The notes under the pieces were generated by a model. It was given only the letters and a program-made list of their open reading frames with translations, was not told where the DNA came from and did no database searches. A program made the translations under genes and the position numbers. This document shows positions 1 through 17,825 of a DNA stretch of 64,000 nt, piece by piece. Source of the DNA: the human T2T-CHM13v2.0 reference genome, Homo sapiens; NCBI RefSeq assembly GCF_009914755.1, contig NC_060935.1. One strand, 5' to 3'. The first letter of the stretch is position 1. Each line of letters starts with the position of its first letter.

Positions 1-363
1 CTAGTATACTCTGGTAACTACTGGATACTAAAGGTAAACATTACAGACAGCATCTGGGTAAAGACCCTTCTAAAAGTTTTTCAATTATTTAGGAAAACGC
101 CTGCCCAGAAACACCCGTGGACATCACTGAATGATATCCGATGTTTCCCAGTGGAGATCACAGAAAAGACTGGGTCAGACACTTGACAAACAGCTAGCTC
201 TGACTCCAGACTAGTCATGTTAGGGATATCTTAATGCTTTCCAAAACAAGCAAAAACGTTTACCCCACTAGATAAATGATCAATTTCAGATGAATATCTT
301 ATTTTAAAAAACACATTTTTTTCACATGCCTTGGCATGAATGCATGTGATATATCCAAAGTCA

Positions 364-615
<252 letters not shown>

Positions 616-3042
616 TTAAACAAGGTAAATACTTCCTTCTTCAAAATTTACTAATACAGCTTATCAGGGATCATTATTTCAATAACATGAGGAAAAACAT
701 TTGTCCCTTCCTAAGAAGAATTTTTTTAAATGGTAGAAGATATATAAATTTTGCTTTTAAAACTAGAAAAACCTCATAATTGCTGACTCCTATTAATTTG
801 CCCAACGAAATAGCCAAATCAAAAGTACCTTTGGGTGCTACATAAATCATGGTGTAAGATTCTTCTTAGAAAAGTTCTAAAGAGATCTGTTTCTAAGAAT
901 CAAATATTCCATCATCTATTTAAATAAAAATAATTGATATAGCAATTGAAGCCTTTTTATGATTTAAAACAATGCTTAAACCAAATTGGGATAAGTACCT
1001 GAAAGCAATAATACTGGATCTCTTTAAAATACTCTATAGCATTTATTGTATTGTTTTGACTAAAGATTTTTATGTCACAGAGCATACAGCAAGCACAGTA
1101 TAAACTTTAGAGTGAGCTACTTTTCTGTAACACTATGCATGAAAATTCACAGAATATGTCAATCTGTTACTTAAAATAACTTCAGCTCTTATTTTTTTAA
1201 ATATGCAGAAATCCTTTGCAAAATAACTTACCTTTTCTGAAGTCAATCTTGAGTTAAAACTAAACATAATTAGATATAACCAAAAAAGAAACACAAAAGT
1301 ATGGTATCTTAAAAAAAAAAAAAAAAAAAAAGGACAATACAGCCCTATTCTTCTCTGCAATGGCCATATTGTATTATACTTGAAAAACAGTATAGTTCTA
1401 CATACGCAGATGAGAATGAAAGAAAACAGATTATTAAGCTTGGAAGTATGATAACCTCCCCTTGATCACAGCTATAAGCATATTCTGGAAATGGGGTACT
1501 ATGACGATCTTGACTATATATCAAGAGTCATTTGTAAGCCTGAAGTGCCTAGACCTCATTGTCCAATGATCCTAATTCAGTATCTTAAATAAATTCCACC
1601 TATAATTCTAGTGCATATACGAAGTTAAGAATCACTAACCCAAAGGCTTAGTTAAGATTGATCAGGAAGAGTTATCCAAAGTAGTAATTGTTCATTCATT
1701 CATTAAATAAACATTTATGGAGTCCCTTACTAGAAGGTAGATACTGCTCTAGGCACGGGCCATACAGCAGGGAACAAAGTTCCTGCTTACTGAAGTTTAC
1801 ATTCTATTTGGGTGAGGCCCACCAGTCACAAATAAACAAGGAAATATACAGTATACCAGATGGCAATAAGTGAAAACGCTCCATAGAAGTTATAGGGAAT
1901 GCTGGTAGAACTCTTATTTTGTAAAGAGGCTGGGAAAGGTCTCTCTCAGAAAGGTGATATTTGAGCAGAGACCAGAAGAGAGTGATTGAGTAAATAAACT
2001 TTCTTTGTGTGATAAGGATTGGGGGAGAATAAAGTAGTTTAGCCCAACTATATGTCTTATAACTCTAGGGAAATTTGATTCTGTTATAGCCAGCCTTTTA
2101 GAGACCATGTTGAAACTGCAAATTAAATATCTGGAGTTTTCAGAATCAAACACAGCGATTTATGTTAGTTCCAAATCAAGCCTAAGGCTGTATATTTACA
2201 CGTCACATAATTTAATGAATGGGCCACATGAACATGCTCTCTGAGTAGTGTTTATACTTTGTGATTTTCAAGCTTCTAAGCTTCTCAAAGGGAAACAATA
2301 GTAAAAATGGTCTATTTAAAATTCTTATTCAGTTTGGTTTTCTCTTCAATTCTGTCTGAACTTCAGAGATTTTAATGTGAGCAGAAGTATCCTCCTTCTT
2401 AACGTGAAAGACTGCATTTCCCATTACCTCTTAATATTTATATATGTGGTTACATAAGTCTACATTTTGGTGAGTTATGTTACTGACAGACCATATCTGA
2501 AAATATAACTAGATTAAATTAGCATGTTAGGTAAATTAGCACTGACATGTGCTCTGCGAATGACTTAGCACTCAGTGTGGCTCATGCAACCACTCCACCT
2601 CATTTCCCTGATCAGAATGGTTTTAACTTCACAAATCAACTAATATTTATTGGGTACCTATTCACACGGATAGTGCTGCCCTAGCTCCTGAGAGGACAAA
2701 AAAATATATGTAGGATTTATCCAGTCTTGGTCTCCATAAATTAGCAATATACGTTGGTTGACACACAAAAGCAAACAAAGTACACGCTAGTTCCTGATTA
2801 GATGGAAAGACAGGGTAAAGAGTTCAGAGAAAATGGAAAAGGATGCAATCTGGGAAGACCTTATGGAAGAAATGAAATATGAACTGGAATCTGAAGGATG
2901 GTTCGAATTCAGATAGGATGGGAGGGGGAACAAAAGAAATACAACATAACCAAATGCACAATATAAAAAACCAATTCATTCAAACATTAAAATTCACTAG
3001 TAGTTCCAAGTATCAAAGCATTTACCCATTTTTCATTGTTTA

Positions 3043-3354
<312 letters not shown>

Positions 3355-4996
3355 TCATAAATGAATGCACATCTGTAAACAAGTGACATAAAATATCCAA
3401 TAGCATAAAAGATGATACATATTACTGGAGACAAGGAAAACTCCACAGGAAAATGTGGATGGCTCAGGACAACTTATTTAGCACAACCACTCGCTTTCTT
3501 GTGTTCTTCTTTACAAAATGAATATATACGTAGTCTGACTTGCCCATATGGCCATTATTAAAATTAAATATGAAACACATAGGAAGGTATTTAAACACTG
3601 TAAAGCACTAAATTTTCCCAGCCCATACGCCAAGTCCTACCCAAACATAAGTTCTTACAGATGACTTCCTTTCATATATACTGAAATTACCAGACTGTAA
3701 GTTTCATGTGCTGAGACCACATGTCTGGTTCACCTATGCTTCTTCACCTCCCTGCCTCTTCACCTCATTTTAATCTTCATATCTGAGAAATAAACTCTTT
3801 GCAATCAAAATGACCTGCTTCTTTTTTAACCACATAATTCTCTTTAAATAAAAAGACAGAACAAGGATAAAAGCACAGAATGCTATCATCATCAATGTTC
3901 TCAAAGACTTAAATCTACATCTACAAAATAGAATGAGAAAATATTTGGTGTTCAAAATAAGCTATGGCTAGAAAGAAGAACCTTATTTTTCTGGACTTAA
4001 TCTTTTTATATTTCATGAATAAAATATTCTATCTCCTACCTAACTCGTGTAAAATTATACTTCTTAGAGCCCTAATAGAAACAAATTAGGAAAATACTGG
4101 AGCAGTAAATTATACAAAATTAAGTGATCATATGACCCACACCTTTGAAACAACAAAACCACCAACTCATAACCAGCAACAAACTACTGAAAGAACAGAA
4201 GTTCAGCTTCCTTTCTGACACTGAGAGTCTGGGAAATCGTTTGGCACAATTATAGAATTTACAGTATTTCAAGGGATACCTGTTAAAGATTACTTCTGAA
4301 GAGTGGGAATAAGACAGGAACTTTCAATTCAAATTTGTTGCAACATTCTAGAAAGACAGCAGTGGTAACAACTATACAGAACCTGTCACCGAAACACATA
4401 GAATAAAAATGCCCTGGATTCAGGTAGTGGCATGGTTGTACAACTTTGTGAATATACTAAAAGCACTGAAATGTACACTTGAAAAGATGAGCGCTTTTCA
4501 GTAATGGTACCTGCTGCTGTAGTTATGTCTTCTCTCTCCTTCCCTCCTCCTATAGATTTGGTCAACTGAACCAAAATTTCAATTTCCACAATGCTAATAT
4601 TTATTCTGCTGGAACAATCAGCTACAGCTAACTGCCAATTCTTCAGTCTGAATAACTTGTTCAGGTGGAGGACGGTCAGAAGAGGGCACCACTAGTCACC
4701 GAGAACACTACTTCGCTATTCCTAGAGCAGTACTATACAGGGACTTCAGTGAGTCATAAGCTCAGTTAGTTGTCAACTTTGGAGAAGTGGGAAGCTAAGA
4801 ATAACTGAACACCTAGTTATTATGTAAGTAAGCAAAAGTTTATGCATTATTTTTTATTAAATGATTTTTGCTCCCAAAACAACACTGTTAACTATTATTA
4901 TTCTCATTTTTACCAATAAACAAATTGAGGTCTAAAGAGGTTAAATAACTAACTCAAAATCACACCATCAAGTTGAAGAGCCAAGACAAGAACCTA

Positions 4997-5320
<324 letters not shown>

Positions 5321-6008
5321 TTACATACTTCTCTGTTTATAATTCTCAAAAACAGTACTCAGTAAAGCTCTGCTTTCTAATTGGATCCAAAGCCTGGCCA
5401 TGAAAGGACATCTGAGGCTGCTAAGAAAAATCATCACCTTTCCTTCAAGCCAATTCTGGGATGTGGAAAACTTGGTCTAATTCTTTAGTCAGATACTGAT
5501 TTAGGAAAGTATTTGATTATTGGGAAATGTTATCTCCTGAAAAAAATACTGTGAAACAGGGCTAAGTAAACCCCACTTAATATATTAGTAAAACTGCTCA
5601 GTTCTAAAAGCCTTTAGAATCTATGAATTTTGTACCTAAAATTATTTAAGCTCATCTTTCTAAGATCCAGTTATAAATCTGTAAGGTGTTCTTTCTAGGA
5701 CTTAAAAAAAAAAAGAACATTTATCATCATGACTAAAGAATATACAATAAGATAAATAAATAGTGACTAATACACACAGCAAACTTTTTCAGTGAAGAAT
5801 CATGCAATTCTGTGCAGTTATCTAATACCCATATCACACTCTCTGGAAGCCTCTTTAAGTCTTTCTTCCAGTTTTAACTTTACTAAATAAATCAATCTCC
5901 AATATCCCCATGAAAGACCTGCTGCTGTAGCTATTTATATCCTGAATCCATTCTCCTACTCATTAATCTCAGCATTATGTTGAGTAAAAAAGCACTTGCA
6001 AAGGCTCA

Positions 6009-6176
<168 letters not shown>

Positions 6177-6483
6177 CTACATGTGAAATGAAACATAAGA
6201 CAAATTACTATATAACTAAAATATTAAACGACACCAGGACAGAAGCCATCCTGTTCAGTCTCTCTGACCTCTACTATCCATCTCCTAAAGTGTTGGGATA
6301 GTTGTTGTCAGCCTGTGGTATCAGGCTTTCAGGATTAGATATTCTAATGTAGGGATACGTATTCATTTGTGGAACCCAATTTGATGTTAATATAACAGAC
6401 ATTAATTCACTAAATATTCAGTGTGGACCTGTGCTAAGCATATTCAGGAGGTGGAAGGAAAACAGTAAGACTTCAAATATTCC

Positions 6484-7053
6484 TTTTTTTTTTTTTTTTT
6501 TTTTGAGACAGAGTCTCACTCTGTCGCCCAGGCTGGAGTGCAATGGTGCGATCTCAGCGCACTGCAACCTCCGCCTCCTGGGTTCAAGTGAATCTCCTGC
6601 CTCAACCTCCTGAGTAGCTGGGACTACAGCCGTACGCCACCATGCTGGGCTAATTTTTGTATTTTTTAGTAGAGACGGGGTTGGCCAGGATGGTTTCAAT
6701 CTCCTGACCACCTACCTTGGCCTCCCAAAGTGCTGTGATTATAGGCATGAGCCACCACACCTGGCCAAATGTTCCTATTCTTTATTTATTTATTTATTTT
6801 TTTGGAGACAGAGTTTCACTCTTGTTGCCCAGGCTGGAGTGCAATGGCACGATCTTGGCTACTGCAACCTCTGCCTCCCGGGTTCAAGCAATTCTCCTGC
6901 CTCAGCCTCCCAAGTAGCTGGGATTACAGGCATGCGCCACCATGCCCGGCTAATTTTGTATTTTTAGTAGAGACAAGGTTTCACCATGTTGGTCAGGCTG
7001 GTTGCGAACTCCTGACCTCAGGTGATCCGCCTGCCTCAGCCTCCCAAAGTGCA
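6484..7053 (-). mobile_element. Two tandem AluS elements (6484-6766 with small internal deletions; 6781-7053 slightly 5'-truncated)
   Basis: Alu consensus in reverse with poly-T tails; TSD-like CAAATRTTCCT around the first. Confidence 0.92.
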
Positions 7054-8178
7054 GGGTCTCATTCAGTTTGACTGGATGATTGACTTTGTTGCCATTCATC
7101 TATACAAATAAATATCAGAAGTCAGGCACCAAGTGTCCACCAGAGTGCTACATGCACAGCTATCACTTACATACGTAAAGTACATTTTTCACTGAGGTAT
7201 TATAATACTAATGGATGTTGCTAATCTAAAATATATTAGAAAAGTAAGGGAGGAATGCAAGGCAAAATGACAACAGGCAACAGGCAAGAAAAATGCTTGA
7301 AACAATTTTTAAAAAACATATCAACTATTGAGCTCTCGTGCTCCTTCAATATCTGCTATTTTATAAATAGTGTACTACTTCACATATAGGATTAATAAAA
7401 CAACTGAAATTTTCCATCCTTCACTGTATACAAAATTAAGCTATTATATTAAATGGTTGGACTTAAGAAAATCTATCTTAAATTTTATGATCTCTGAAAA
7501 TTCTTATCAAACAGAAAAAGACAGAATTGAAAGTGAAAAATACATTTACTGAGCATCTACTATGTGTAGGCACTTTGCCAGCCTCTTTACACCCAAACAC
7601 ACAGATATATTTTACTGTACTCAGGTTTCATTAACTTCATTTCATAGATAAAGAAACTATGGCACAGTTTGTAATTTGGCCAAAGCTATACATTAGGAAG
7701 TAGTAGAGAATTCCATGAGCATTCCAAATCTATCCTTTTTATATAAAAGTACATTATTCCTCAAGAAAAATTTACTATCGTATTCACTAAATTGTTGTAA
7801 AAATCTCAAAGAGCAGAATGTACTCTCCTTTAAAGAAGTATTTCTCAAGCTGTTTCCAAACACCCAGAAGGATGTTAAGAAAGAAAATTCCCTTCCAGCA
7901 AACACTCTCAATAGCGCTTCTATTTATCCCTAACTGTTCTTTCATTACTACCTTACATCCTGTTTACTCCATATAATTAGCCTGGTCCCATCTTGCTCCC
8001 TGTGGTCTACATATTTCCCTCCCTCCTGATTTCGTTGACTTCAGATATTCTGGACAACTTCAAGATGAAAGTTAAACCCTGCACCAGGCTGCTCATTAAC
8101 TTTATACAGATTTTTACCCATGACTTATTTCCAGAACTACAGTCTTAATTAGAGGTTTTTAACAAAATATTCACGTGC

Positions 8179-8491
<313 letters not shown>

Positions 8492-8639
8492 TCACTGTAC
8501 TTTTTATTATAGCACGTGAAAAATATATATTTCATATTTTTTATATATGTATATATCATATATATACTTATATATTTTTTTCACATGCTGTACTAAAAAG
8601 TACAGTGAATTGGCAAGTTTAAAGAGATGGTATTCAACC

Positions 8640-9240
8640 AAGAAACCTGGTTATCATCTTTAACTCCTCCCCCTCCCTTATCCCTTACATCCAGTCAGTG
8701 ACCAATTTCTATGATTTTTCCTCCAGAAATACCAGAAGTTTGCTCACTTTTTTCAATTCTTACCACCACTTCCCTAATTCAGGCCATTATCACTTCTCTC
8801 CTGTCCCTCTATAATCCATTCTCTACACTGCCTCCACAGTAATCTTTTAAGATGCAAAAGGGATTATGTCATTCCTCTGCTTAAAATCAATGGCTACCTA
8901 TTGCTTTTCATATAAAATATGAAGTCCTTTACCAGACTTAGCAAAGCCCTCTACAATCCTGCTTTCTCCAGATCTCTCCCTTGCCACTGTATGCTCTGGT
9001 CTAGTCTATATCAAACGTCTTTCAGCTCCCAGATGGCCTCATGTTCTCTCCCTACAGTACTTGCTCTATCAGACTATTCATTACATTATATTGTAATTGT
9101 TAATCTATTTGTTTGAATGCTCCACTGAACACAAACTCTTTGGGAACCTGGACTTTATCATTTTGTTTCATATTTTAGCCACTAGTATTTAGAAGGTATT
9201 ATATGAATTTGATAAATGCATGAATGAATAAATCAGTGAA
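8640..9240 (+). mobile_element. L2 LINE relic (others at about 1690-1990, 19330-19780, 43940-44390, 48000-49700, 53780-55750, 57800-59240, 60300-60680)
   Basis: Pyrimidine-rich L2 3' body ending in (TGAA)n. Confidence 0.6.
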
Positions 9241-9892
9241 CCATAGGAAGTTTCCATATGAAGCAAAATTAGTTTCTGAAGTTTTCTTAGAAAACATGGA
9301 GTCAGAGCTAAAGGTCAGATCACTTGAGAAGTATACATCAGAGGGCCTAATGTACCATCCCCCAACCCAGAAAGGTACTCCTGTCTCTCTCCCACCCCAC
9401 TTCCCATATCCTTGTAAAAACACTACCAGGAGAACCACTGTTCTCATGGGGAATGTCACATTATTCACGTAAGTAGCAGGGTGGGGTAGGAATGAGAACC
9501 AATGACTTAGATTACCTTCATGGCTATTGTCCTCCTCATTCTTAGATAAGCCGACACACCTATCTTCACTAAAAACTGCCTTTCAAGCAGAAAACTGGAA
9601 TTGGCTAGCCCTCAGACACTCTCTTTGTAGACTACTAAAAATATACTGACAATTATTGATCTTTGGTATATATCTACTCTCCAAGCAAAATCACTGCCCT
9701 TCAGTATCCACTTGTCAGGGTCAAGTTTATTATACAAACAAACTGAAAGGACCATGGCTTTCTTAGTTACTTACATTCCAGTTCTAAGGATAAGTTCTCT
9801 TTCCCTTGACTGAAGTAACTGTTTTCCAAGTTTGTTAAGTAATGCATGTAACTTATGTTGGGTATTTCTGCAGAAGACCGTGCTCGTTATCT

Positions 9893-10999
<1,107 letters not shown>

Positions 11000-12757
11000 T
11001 AGTCTAATTTCTTTTAACACTATTAAGTGTAGATCTGTTGAATGAATGTAGCTTTCATTTTTTTAGTGGCAGCACATGATAAAGCCAGTCATGATATCTG
11101 TTTTTCAGAGCCTCACAATGTAATAAATATAATAATCATCATTTGGATAGATTTTTACAGTTTACAAAGTGCCTTTCTATATGTCACTAATCCTTCAAAC
11201 ATCCCATAACGTGGTATCTATCACCAAGTAAAAAATGAAGGCACTGTGCCATAAATGATTCATTCAAGAGCCTACATCTGAGTGTGAGAGTAAGAACTAG
11301 AGCTAAAATTCAAAACTAAGTTTTCTAAATGTGCTAGAATTAGAGTGTGGTGGTAATTGCACAATTTCGTGAATATGTTAAAAAGCAGTGGACTGTATAC
11401 TTTAAAACAGTAAATTTTATGGTATGTGAGTTACATCTCAATTTAAAAAAAAGAAAGGTCTATATGTTTGAAGATGGTACCATCTCCAAAATATATTAAT
11501 GAAGAAAGAAAAGCACAGAAGAGTGTGCATGGCATGCTACCATATGCTTAAAAAAACAATACCCACACATATATACACAAGCTTTGTAGGCATGAAACCT
11601 TTGAAAAAAATACTCAGGAAACCAATAATATCATTTCCTAAAGGGAGGGGAACTGGAATGGCTAGGGGGACACAGGGTTGTCCTGCAAGGAAAACCTACC
11701 TTTCAGTATACCCTGCTGGACCTTTTGAATTTTGTACAGAATGCAAGTATTACCACTTCCTTTTTTTTTTTTTATTTAAAGGGGGGGAAGTGAATAATCT
11801 GATGCTTTATCATTAGTCCTTAATTTTAAGAGATCATCTTCATTTTCTTCTGTAATAAACTTAAAATATATCCAAGAAAAAAATCTTAAAACCACAGCTT
11901 CTAACTACAAATACAGTGTCCTCTCCATTAGACCTTTTAGTTGACTCAGAGACAGTTTCTCATGCTGCCAAAAAAAAAAAAGCCAACAAATTCATCTAGT
12001 AAGTCAAAGACCATAAAGCATCCATACCATTTTATGTAGAAGCTAATGCTCTATTCTTACTGCCACAATTCCTAATCTCTTAATTCTCTTTCTGTATGGG
12101 TATAGTTGTTCATTTACACTTCAACTTATTTTTTTTCAGTAATAATTTACCTCTTTTCTTTAGACACCTGCTTTCCAAAGTTCTACACTGAATGCTCCCG
12201 GGACAGCAATTTCTTCCCAGATTCTCAAAGAGTAGTCCTCATTTTTATAATTTCTAAAGACACCTGCTAGACTTTTTGGTTGCTTAGTCATCTTCTTCTG
12301 ACACTGGATTTTTGAGTTAGCATGAATCTCCTGTTTCTTGTATACTCTTGGCTTTTAGTTGATTCCCACTTATTTTGTATTCTATTTCATATTTTGCCAA
12401 ATAACTTTATAACTGAATGAGGAAATTTCAACTTCACTTTCCACATGTAAGTGTGGTAACAAACCCCACTTCAAGTCATTTAGATATCTTTAGCTCTCTG
12501 GTGGTGGTTCTTTACCTCTACCTGGCTTTGTGAAACAAAACCACAATAAATTAGAAATGTTATAATTAAAATGCTACGTTTGAAATTTAAATACAAAAGT
12601 AAAAGCTCAAGAATTTTCATATTTGAATTCTAGAATACTCTAGATAACAAATCTAATGATTACCAAGAAATAATCAATATGTCTTAAATTCTCAAGAAAG
12701 CATAGTGGACAGGAGGAAAGTTAAAAATAAAGAAAAGACTATTTTAGGTGGGGCTTA

Positions 12758-13063
<306 letters not shown>

Positions 13064-13916
13064 CTACAAAAAAGTAAACAATGGTAAGAGCTAAAAAAGA
13101 TATTCACAAAGGTAATGAATCAGAAATGTATCCATATATCCAAAGTTTTCATTTATTTATCTGCAAGAACATTTTATGTATTAGCATCCTTTTTTGTATT
13201 ATAGTTTTTGTTTTATCATTTTGAAAATCTATTTTTTTACATATTTTTAAGCATACAAAAAAGCAAAGACACTTGCCAACAAAACTTATCAAATACCAAC
13301 ATATCATTGTATTTCTTTCAGATTATCCTTGGTAGCCTTTGTAGGTTTACTTTCAAATAAAGACATTACATTTAAACACAACTATGATGTGAAAAAAATT
13401 TGAACTGGAGTCATAAGACCAACGTTGATTCCAAATGGTACTCCTACTAACTGTGCCCTTGAGTTAACTGCTTACCTGATGTTGCTTTCATCGCTAAACA
13501 GGGATAAATAATATCTACCACCATAGGCTACATAGAAGTGAAATGATATAAACGTGGGAGTCTAACACTGTCTAAAGCACATAGTGGGAACTCAGGGTTT
13601 GCCTACCCTTACCTCCCTCCCAAATTGCTAGTGTTAACTGGCTCCCAATTAAAAAGGAGATTACAAATCCTAATGAAGACAACAGGTAACTTTTCATCAT
13701 GGAAACACCCTGAATAGCAAGATCATATAATCATAAAATGTTAGTGCTGGAATGGACCTCAGAAATCAGCTAGTCCAGCTTCCTTTATTTCATACCTAAA
13801 GAAATTGATCTAAGAGACTAAGTTACACTTACACTATACATCTGGTTAAATGTCAAAGCAGGGATGTAAATGTAGAGATTCTAGACAGCCTAGACAAGTT
13901 TCTTTATACGACATCA

Positions 13917-14060
<144 letters not shown>

Positions 14061-14856
14061 CTAGAAAAGATTTAGGAACCAAGTTAATAATTGTTCACTA
14101 CTTACTTAAATGAATAAATAAGGTTACTTGGAACTATCTTGTAAAATGTTAAGATCTGTGAATGTGGGATACAAAAATAAATCAGACATCAGCTCCTGGA
14201 GACAGGGAAATTATAATGGTTTATTGGGAAAAACTGAAAGAAACACAAGGTACTCTACTATGAAGCAGAATTCAGAGGGCAGGAAATTTACCTATGCTTA
14301 TGGACTCAAAATAGGCCAGTGAAAGAGGTAGTATTTGATGTAACCACTGGAGATTAACGATATTACATCTGAAGATTAATATCATGACTGATACAAACTA
14401 TCAGCATATGTGCTTTCCCTGTGAAAGCCCATTTTCTGTCATAAATTTCTTTATTTATAAAACCTGATTAGTAGTTGTTACATTTCATACGTGTCTTCAG
14501 TTCATTATATCTGGTGATTATTTTCCTACTAACTATCCCTTCCCAGGGTTCATTTGCATTGGACCTTCTCTTCCTAAGTCCCCTGCTACTAGTAGACTTG
14601 ATAGAACTAAACCCTGCCTGAAAGTGTTCCTTCCTTCACTCCATAACCACATTCTTCCACCATCTACTGACACATAACTCTGAATAGTTTAGTTTATATT
14701 ATCCAGGCTCTACAGTAAGGTCTAAAGACCAAGTTTCCCTTCCATTTGTCCCTAAGCAGTTTTCTATGCTCAGACTGAATGCAGTTATTCATGTTCCGGT
14801 TTACTGGTATCTTAACAGCACTTAGAAAAAAACTGGGGATTAAGATAATTTCAAGG

Positions 14857-15110
14857 GCCAGGCACAGTGGCTCATGCCTGTTATTCCAACACTTTGGGTG
14901 GACAAAGCAAGAGGGACACTTGAGGTGTTCTACTTCTAAAACAGTGGTGGGGAAAAATTGGTATTGTAGACTTTTCCTATGTTCTTATCTACCGACATTC
15001 TTTAAATGCATTGATTGATACTTGAATGAAACATGAATTGTTACAAGTTCAAGGCCAGCCTGGGCAACATAGTGAGACCTTGTCTCTACAAAAAATTTTT
15101 TAAAAAAAAT
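14857..15110 (+). mobile_element. FLAM (Alu left monomer) split by a ~120-bp non-Alu insertion
   Basis: GGCCAGGCACAGTGGCTC...CACTTGAG [insert] AAGTTCAAGGCCAGCCTGGGCAACATAGTGAGACC...A-tail. Confidence 0.85.
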
Positions 15111-15647
15111 TTATAAGAAAAGAATAATTTTAAGACTGATCATTTTATTTAAATGTTTTTACCTAGGCAGAATTCAAAATAGCTTTATTATGCCTCATTT
15201 TGTAGAACCACACACAAAGCCTCTCCACTACAGTGTACCCACAATACATAAGTAAGACAGTATATGATCCAAAACTAGAATGCTGGCTTTACTATCTTTT
15301 AAAATAAACATGTGCGGGAACCTAAGCTGATATCTTGTTTTCCCTCAGTAAATATCTTTATAACTAGGTGAGATACTCAGAATCATTCTGTTAACCACAG
15401 AGTTCTCTGAAAGTACCATGTCAGGGGCCCTACAAATATTTTTGTTTATTGATAACGATCCTGTTCCATGGAAAGAAATTATATTTAAAATGATTAAGAT
15501 TCAAAATTATCTTCTTTCACATCGTCTTATATTCTATGCACTACTTACTCTTAAACTACAGAAAAGTGATCAGGAAACAGTGTGCTTGACACATGGTTGC
15601 CAGCGATTACACTCACAGAGCCCTTCTGACTATAATGGAAAACCACA

Positions 15648-15945
<298 letters not shown>

Positions 15946-16303
15946 ACAAAAATAATTACTAAGTCATTAGCTTTAATACCAGAGTCACAAAACTTCTAAG
16001 ATTAGCATAACAAAGTATCTTGAATTATACACATGCTGTTTCTTTTGGCACTGGCAGAATAAAAAGAAAAGAACAATGTGATGTAGAATCTCAATGTGCA
16101 TGGGTGTTAGTTAATTAGGCCTTAATAACAGTGACCTGGAGAAGTGGTACGTAGAATTAAATACCTATGACTTAATGGTAAAAATGTAACAATCTATGTT
16201 TCATTCAAGTATCAACGCATTTAAAGAATGCCAGTAAATAAGAACATAAGAAAAGTCTACAATATCAACTTTTCCACACTATTGTTTTAGAAGTAGAAAA
16301 ACT

Positions 16304-16598
<295 letters not shown>

Positions 16599-16774
16599 TT
16601 ATGAGAACTAGAAACAGAAAAGATAGGTGATGATGAATATAACATATTTAGTTATTTAGTTCTTCCACTACGAAGTAGTGGAACTGCTCAGAGCCTTATG
16701 TTGCTAATTTGTAAATTAAAGGTAGTAATGTCTATTGTGCCTACCTCACAGGATTTTTATAAGGCTCAAAGTGA

Positions 16775-17148
<374 letters not shown>

Positions 17149-17395
17149 AAGATGATCATTATTAAAAAATAAGTTATGAATTTGTGAATATATCAAAATA
17201 TGTAGACTGAACTGGGCCCAAAAGAATTAAGTCTAATTCATGAATCACCTTTTCTATTACTGCTAAATTTTGTTTTCTTCTATCAATGTCATACTAAAAT
17301 AACATTTCTAATTGGAAATCCATTTTATATTTTAGAAACCAATTTCAAAACAGAGGTTCTATTTAATACAAAGCTTTTCAAACCAAAGAAAATCA

Positions 17396-17527
<132 letters not shown>

Positions 17528-17630
17528 CTAAAGAAGGAAAGAAAAAATAATTAAAACTGAGCAATTAATACTGTCCAATTATAGAGCTGATCAAAATCTT
17601 AATCAGAAATGCTTTAATTAGAAATGATCA

Positions 17631-17825
<195 letters not shown>

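Noticed and set aside
9769-9870. Possible cryptic exon with GTAAGT donor in intron 7
   Set aside because: Acceptor has a very short pyrimidine tract; no other support
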